Source: Thermoproteota archaeon
GTDB lineage: Archaea > Asgardarchaeota > Jordiarchaeia > Jordiarchaeales > Freyrarchaeaceae
Reading direction: 5' to 3'
NCBI GenBank assembly: GCA_029258835.1
Contig: JAPDJY010000034.1
Coordinates: 1 to 64,000, forward strand
Length of the DNA: 64,000 bases
This document shows positions 59,164-64,000 of the stretch, piece after piece. The position numbers were made by a program, and so were the translations under genes. Position 1 is the first letter of the stretch; each line of letters begins with the position of its first letter. The notes beneath the pieces are model-generated. The model ran no database searches. It was not told the origin of the DNA and was given only the letters and a program-made list of their open reading frames with translations.

Positions 59164-59341
59164 TGGCGCCGGGGGCAGGATTTCCGTTTGCATCTCGAAC
59201 TTTCGCTCCCTTGGCTGCTGTTTCTAGCCCAGGGATCTGCGACCACCAGGTCGCTGCGTACATGTACATAACAGCCTGGCGCTGACGGCCCGGCGCGCAC
59301 GTGGCGCCTTACACCGTCTACCTGAACTGAGCTACCCCGGC
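59164..59341 (-). tRNA. tRNA-Asn(GUU), four introns (D arm about 59284-59317; 37/38 59252-59268; 52/53 59201-59236; 59/60 59181-59193), CCA encoded
   Basis: GCCGGGG/CCCCGGC-G-CCA; 178 nt minus 34+17+36+13 gives a 78-nt cloverleaf. Confidence 0.88.
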
Positions 59342-59588
59342 ACCTAGTGAATGAGTAGGTTAGTCTTTCTTCTTAAATTTTTCGTGTGTTTACGTGAGAG
59401 CTAGTTGTTGGGATGGTGCAAGCCGGCTGTAAAGCTTAGAGGCTGCTAGAGAGGGTTTAAGATTGCTAGGGTGCTAATGGGCTCATTGGCTGGATGTGTC
59501 ATGTTGCGTGGCTTTATTGGTTTTTCAGCATGTTTATAAGGGAATGTTCTACTATTGTTCATTTGAGTTGTTGCATGGAGGGTTTGGT

Positions 59589-59819
59589 GTGGCTAAGAAG
59601 AGGCGTCGAAGTGAGGAGGCTCCTTTACCTGCGACTAGTGCGGGTCTTATAAGGTTCTTTGAGGATGAGAGTGTCGGGGTTAAGGTGAGCCCCTTCTTGG
59701 TGGTTGCTGTAGCTGCCTCGATCATTGCAGCTGTCATGTTGGCTCTCTACCTAAGCAGTAGTGGTAGCTGGCTTACTCAGTTTGCCGGCCAGTCTCCCTA
59801 TGCTGGTTTATCCTTCTAG
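59589..59819 (+). CDS. secG: Preprotein translocase subunit Sec61beta
   Basis: GTG start MAKKRRR; SAGLIRFFEDE..GVKVSP plus one TM helix. Confidence 0.9.
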   Translation: MAKKRRRSEEAPLPATSAGLIRFFEDESVGVKVSPFLVVAVAASIIAAVMLALYLSSSGSWLTQFAGQSPYAGLSF

Positions 59820-59827
59820 CTTTCTCT

Positions 59828-60442
59828 TTATTCTTCATCAGGCTCGATGCTTCTTGCTTCAAGTATCATGTATGGCCCGGTCTTCAGTTCTTTGACTTCT
59901 TCTTTTGTGAGTTCCTCTACTTTTACTCTTTTCTGGTCTCTTAGCAGTATCATACCGTTCCCTAGGGGGTCTTCGAGTATTATCGTGAATTTTAGCTGTC
60001 CACTTATCGCCTTATTTATGGCGTTGATCGCTTGTTCGCATCTTTGCGTCTCCTGTGGAGTGGTGGACCAGTTCTTGAGTGTTTGGGCTATGTCCAGAAA
60101 GCGATGTAGCACCCCCTCCACGTTTGTTATGAATGGCTGGGCTGCCGGCCCAGGTTCCATGGATGCCCCAAGCTCGGGGATTCTTATAGTGCTCGTCGAT
60201 GACCTAACAACTTTAGCGTTAAGGTCTTCTAAGCTCTGAACGTGAAATGTGCACCTTATTGGTCTGCCAAACCTCATATTCATCACGTCACTTACCTTTA
60301 AACCGCATTTTTCACATTTAACCGTTATTAAGAAGAGGTCATGGAAGAAGGGGACGTTCACCTGTGTCTGAATAACCGTCGCTTTGCTTCCACATGAGGG
60401 ACAGATGGCTTCGTCGATCTCCATTGTTCCCCCCTCTTTCAT
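59828..60442 (-). CDS. ZPR1-like zinc finger protein
   Basis: CPSCG, VPFF, CEKCG, VVRS....IRIPELG..MEPGP, ITNVEG, EDPLGN. Confidence 0.93.
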   Translation of the reverse strand: MKEGGTMEIDEAICPSCGSKATVIQTQVNVPFFHDLFLITVKCEKCGLKVSDVMNMRFGRPIRCTFHVQSLEDLNAKVVRSSTSTIRIPELGASMEPGPAAQPFITNVEGVLHRFLDIAQTLKNWSTTPQETQRCEQAINAINKAISGQLKFTIILEDPLGNGMILLRDQKRVKVEELTKEEVKELKTGPYMILEARSIEPDEE

Positions 60443-62160
60443 GCTTGCTTCTTCATGGCCTCCAGCTGTGACAGGAGGTGTTCCGCCTCCTCCTTAGGAT
60501 CCGCTTCCCTGAAGGAGATAACCTTCAGCCTCCTCCTTCCAGTTACAGGGTTTACCGCATGCTTAACGGCGAGAACGACCTCTTTCCCTTCTACTTCCCT
60601 TGCTTTATCCCTTATGGGTGCGTCGACGCTTCCCGTTTTCTCTACAGTCATGTATGCTTCTCTAGGCGTCACTTTTAAGAGCTTCTCCGCCTGCATCCCT
60701 GTGAAGACTGCCTCCGCTGTGTCTGTTCCATCGTCAACTACGGCGTTAACTAAAAGTTTTAGTGTCGGCTCGATTCTTCCGCAACCTGGGCAAACCCACC
60801 TCTCATCTCTAACTGCAACCTTACCGCAGAACGGGCATACCTCGTAGACCGTCTTTTTGCGCAGGAGCCGTCGAATGGTTACTCTTACCTCCGCCTCCTC
60901 CCCGTCCTCCAGCTGGAAGAGGAATTTACGCGTCAGCCCCCCTTTCACTTCCTCCTCGCTGAAATCTTCTGTTGACGCGACCTCTACGTTCGAGAAGCGT
61001 CCCACATGAACTTCCACGTCACCACTCAACCCTATCCTCGTGTATCCCCTCCTAACCTTTAAGGTGTCCCCTACCTCGGCGTCGGCCACCATGTCTGCCT
61101 GCTCCCCCCAAGCGACAACTCGAACAGTCCCGGTCTCGTCTTTGATCACCAAAGAAGCCATATTCCCCGTTGTACCGTCACTTCTCGTAAACTCCTTGAC
61201 GGACGCGTCTTCTACGACTTCCCCCTCCACGTCCACAGCAGCCATATCCGGCTCCAAAACGGCTATGTTCACCTTCCTCCCCACGGTTGCCGCCGTGTGC
61301 TCCACCGTTACCTGAGCTAGCTTACCTACGTGTAGCTCCACGTCCCCCTGAAGACCAATCTTGGTATATGCGTTTTCTATCTTCAACCTATCTCCCTCCT
61401 TGACGTCTTCGACTAGGAGGGCGTTTTCATCCCAGAAGACCGCTCTAACACTCCCTGTGTCATCAGCTATTATCATTGCTTTTCTCCGTCCCTCGCCTCC
61501 TCCCTCTCTAGCGAAAACAGTCGCCGGGTAGACTCTCTGAACTACCACCTCCACGTCCACGTCCCGCATTTCAGGAGTCAGCTCGCTTAACTTAACCGTT
61601 CTACGTTCAACAATGGGGTATTCTTCCTCATCCACGCCTTCGGGTCTCAGCTCCACGCCGCCTCCCCTTCCAACATGCACCTCGACCTCCCCTTTCAACC
61701 CCTCTCTGATATAACCCCTAACTACTCTAATTATGTCTCCCTCTCCGATAGAGCCGTTCTCCACCAGTTCAGCGTGTTCCCCCCACAGGACAACCCTAAC
61801 GCTTCCAGTAGCATCGTTCAAGAGTATGCTGGCGATTTTTCCTCGAACACCCCTCCTCTCAAACTCTCTCACAGGGTACACCCTGCTAACCCTGCCAGTA
61901 ATAGTCACGCTCCGCATGTCCATTTTCAAGTCTTTTATACGCAGTTTAACGGGCTTATACTCGTCGACCTCTGAAAGGTCTACTCCAAGGTCCTTAGCTA
62001 CGAGGTGGGCTGCTCCCTCGTCGCTTATCAGCCCATCCATCTCCCTCTTCTTGTCCTCTATAAGGTGTTGGATGTCGCTTCTGGTCAGCCCAGACCTTTC
62101 AGCTATAAAGCTTATCTTCTCCTCCAAACTCAACCAGCTCACCTGTCCATGGAATCCCAC
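60439..62160 (-). CDS. rpa: Replication protein A large subunit (N-terminal helical domain, three OB folds, zinc-finger OB fold)
   Basis: GLISDEGAAHLVA..LGV; three DxTGxVRxVxW repeats; CPFCGK...CPGCG...VDDGT. Confidence 0.9.
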   Translation of the reverse strand: MGFHGQVSWLSLEEKISFIAERSGLTRSDIQHLIEDKKREMDGLISDEGAAHLVAKDLGVDLSEVDEYKPVKLRIKDLKMDMRSVTITGRVSRVYPVREFERRGVRGKIASILLNDATGSVRVVLWGEHAELVENGSIGEGDIIRVVRGYIREGLKGEVEVHVGRGGGVELRPEGVDEEEYPIVERRTVKLSELTPEMRDVDVEVVVQRVYPATVFAREGGGEGRRKAMIIADDTGSVRAVFWDENALLVEDVKEGDRLKIENAYTKIGLQGDVELHVGKLAQVTVEHTAATVGRKVNIAVLEPDMAAVDVEGEVVEDASVKEFTRSDGTTGNMASLVIKDETGTVRVVAWGEQADMVADAEVGDTLKVRRGYTRIGLSGDVEVHVGRFSNVEVASTEDFSEEEVKGGLTRKFLFQLEDGEEAEVRVTIRRLLRKKTVYEVCPFCGKVAVRDERWVCPGCGRIEPTLKLLVNAVVDDGTDTAEAVFTGMQAEKLLKVTPREAYMTVEKTGSVDAPIRDKAREVEGKEVVLAVKHAVNPVTGRRRLKVISFREADPKEEAEHLLSQLEAMKKQA

Positions 62161-62269
62161 TATAACATGTTTCGGAGAAGCTTTTAAGGTTCACCACCCA
62201 CATCTAGTCCGATCATGTAGGGAAACGCCTTCGTTCCCTCCTCTAAGCTACTGTTTCGAGGTGTCCGCC

Positions 62270-63133
62270 TTGCGGTGGGCTGAAAATTTTGAAGAGGCGG
62301 TCGTCGAGCTTCTGAGACGCTCCGTCTCAACCCTTCCACCAGACGTTAAAAGCGCTCTCGAAGCAGCGTTGAAAAGGGAGTCTGAGGAGATCGCCAGAAT
62401 CCAGCTGGAGGCCATGCTGGAAAACATAAGAATGGCCGAGGAGAAGCGCTTACCCATCTGCCAAGATACGGGTATCCTCCACTTCCGCGTTCGACTCGGC
62501 TCCTCCGCGAACGCGAGAACTGTTAGGGACGTGATCCTCAAAGCTACGGCTAAGGCAACCCGTGAGATACCCTTAAGGCCGAATGCCGTCGACCCCGTGA
62601 CAGGGATAAACTCCGGCGATAATACGGGCTTACATGTGCCATGGATCGACTTTGAACACTCCGAAGACGACTGGATCGAAGTAACAGTTCTCCCCAAGGG
62701 GGGTGGGAGCGACAACGTGAGCACGATAAGGTTTGTTCCTCCCAGTGAGGGGTTGCACGGCGTCAAGGAGGCAGTCGTGGACGCTGTCTTAAGGGCTGGA
62801 GGCGCACCGTGTCCCCCCGTCGTATTGGGGGTAGGAGTTGGGGGAGGGGCTTCGGTCGTCATGCAACTCGCAAAAAAAGCCCTTATGCGTCCGATCTCCG
62901 AGAGAAACCCCAACAGGGAGATAGCCAAGCTAGAGCTCGAAATACTCGAAGCCGTCAATGGAACGGGCGTGGGGCCCATGGGTCTCGGGGGTAAAACAAC
63001 AGCTATAGGTGTAAACGTTGAGGTGGCTCATAGGCACCCTGCCTCGTACCCCGTCGCCATACTCTTTAACTGCTACGTTGCGAGGAGAGCTAAAATTAGG
63101 ATGTACCCTAATGGTGAATGGCTCTTTTGCTAG
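62270..63133 (+). CDS. Class I fumarate hydratase/tartrate dehydratase alpha subunit
   Basis: PICQDTG, PLRPNAV, NSGDNTG, KGGGS, GAPCPP, GVGPMGLGG, HPAS; TTG start after GAGGTG. Confidence 0.92.
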   Translation: MRWAENFEEAVVELLRRSVSTLPPDVKSALEAALKRESEEIARIQLEAMLENIRMAEEKRLPICQDTGILHFRVRLGSSANARTVRDVILKATAKATREIPLRPNAVDPVTGINSGDNTGLHVPWIDFEHSEDDWIEVTVLPKGGGSDNVSTIRFVPPSEGLHGVKEAVVDAVLRAGGAPCPPVVLGVGVGGGASVVMQLAKKALMRPISERNPNREIAKLELEILEAVNGTGVGPMGLGGKTTAIGVNVEVAHRHPASYPVAILFNCYVARRAKIRMYPNGEWLFC

Positions 63134-63152
63134 TTTGTGGAGGAGGATGTCA

Positions 63153-63695
63153 ATGAATGTTAAACTAGCTACTCCCTTATCTGAAAGCGACGTGAGGTCT
63201 CTACACGTAGGAGACATAGTGTTTCTCTCGGGCACGATTGTGACGGCTAGGGATGCAGCCCATAAGAGAATGATTGAAAGCATTCGGAGTTCCCGCCCCT
63301 TACCCATCAACTTGAAGGGAGGAGTAATCTATCACTGCGGACCCATAGTGAAGAGGGAGAGGGACCGCTTAACCATCGTCTCGGCTGGGCCAACGACGAG
63401 CATGAGAATGGAGCCCTTCGAACCATTCATTATAGAACGTCTCGGTGTGAGGATGGTGATCGGCAAGGGGGGGATGGGCAAGGAGACCATTAAAGCCATG
63501 AAGCGTCACGGTGCTGTTTACGCAGCGTTCCCGGGTGGGGCGGGCGTCTTGGCTGCGTCGAAGGTTAGTTGCGTCCTACGGGTTGAATGGGAGGACTTGG
63601 GAATGCCTGAAGCCTTATGGGTCTTAAAGGTGGAATCGTTCGGCCCCTTAGTGATCGCCATAGATTCCCATGGGGAGACCTTGTACCGGGGTTAA
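63153..63695 (+). CDS. Class I fumarate hydratase/tartrate dehydratase beta subunit
   Basis: TARDAAH, YHCGP, GPTTSMRM, IGKGGM, LGMPEA.W, IDSHG. Confidence 0.92.
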   Translation: MNVKLATPLSESDVRSLHVGDIVFLSGTIVTARDAAHKRMIESIRSSRPLPINLKGGVIYHCGPIVKRERDRLTIVSAGPTTSMRMEPFEPFIIERLGVRMVIGKGGMGKETIKAMKRHGAVYAAFPGGAGVLAASKVSCVLRVEWEDLGMPEALWVLKVESFGPLVIAIDSHGETLYRG

Positions 63696-64000
63696 AAATA
63701 CTCTGTGAGCCTTCTTGAAGCAGGCTCTCTAAGCATCTCAGCACACTTTTGAGGGGTCAATTGCTTAAACTCGAGTCCATGCTTCTCTAAAACTAAGAGT
63801 GCTTTCTTGGATGCTGAAGGGGCTGCTAGGATCCCCCTCACACCACGCCCCCCACTTCTCCTCTTAACATCCTCAACATACCTAACTAGTTGCACGGCGT
63901 CCTCCCCCGTCGCGCTCCTCCTTTTAAGCTCTATAACCACGATGTTCCCTGCACGGTCAATGGCGTAAACATCTATGAATCCTGGCTCAACGCTCTTCTC
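63692..64000 (-). CDS. nucS: Endonuclease NucS/EndoMS, C-terminal part (5'-truncated by window)
   Basis: EKSVEPGFIDVYAIDRAGNIVVIELKRR...AVQLVRY...VRGILAAPS. Confidence 0.92.
   Translation of the reverse strand, partial: EKSVEPGFIDVYAIDRAGNIVVIELKRRSATGEDAVQLVRYVEDVKRRSGGRGVRGILAAPSASKKALLVLEKHGLEFKQLTPQKCAEMLREPASRRLTEYF

Noticed and set aside
58311-59300. ORFs 58311-58718, 58665-58952, 58977-59300, 59008-59271 (also 51848-52120)
   Set aside because: They overlap intron-containing tRNA genes and show no protein motifs.
61733-62269. Long N-terminal extension on the fumarase alpha subunit
   Set aside because: It is antisense shadow of rpa; homology and a ribosome-binding site point to TTG 62270.
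1-64000. CRISPR array, rRNA, intact transposase/integrase, and the many Ser/Leu/Phe-rich antisense ORFs
   Set aside because: No periodic repeat-spacer array, rRNA-like tract or recombinase motif was seen; the antisense ORFs are shadows of E/K-rich real genes.

Overview
Gene-dense archaeal chromosomal segment. A stand-alone roadblock protein, a small Ras-superfamily GTPase and an RPA1-like protein suggest an Asgard-type lineage, but this is inference only. Housekeeping content: gatE/gatD, glmS, smc-scpAB, a LysW-dependent lysWXYZK cluster converging on an N-acylornithine-type carbamoyltransferase, larBC, queC, ahcY, metG, rps19, sugar-nucleotide genes, mtnA, a decayed lutAB-like pair, a GH31 glucosidase, archease, GTPase-OB-PCNA-priL-priS-gins, rpl11-rpl1-P0-P1, alaS, thiL, srp54-trmY-pus10, sec61beta, ZPR1, RPA, two fumarase subunits and nucS. 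The main signal is at RNA level. All six tRNA genes are interrupted by multiple bulge-helix-bulge (BHB) type introns, 16 in total. They include a four-intron tRNA-Asn and an intron that splits the tRNA-Glu anticodon. The apparently frameshifted ahcY (SAH hydrolase) carries a 23-nt BHB-type intron at 24354-24376. Excision at the canonical splicing-endonuclease positions exactly restores the catalytic motif TKxxFDN. This is a candidate tRNA-machinery-spliced mRNA in a metabolic gene. All folds were done by hand and no searches were run.
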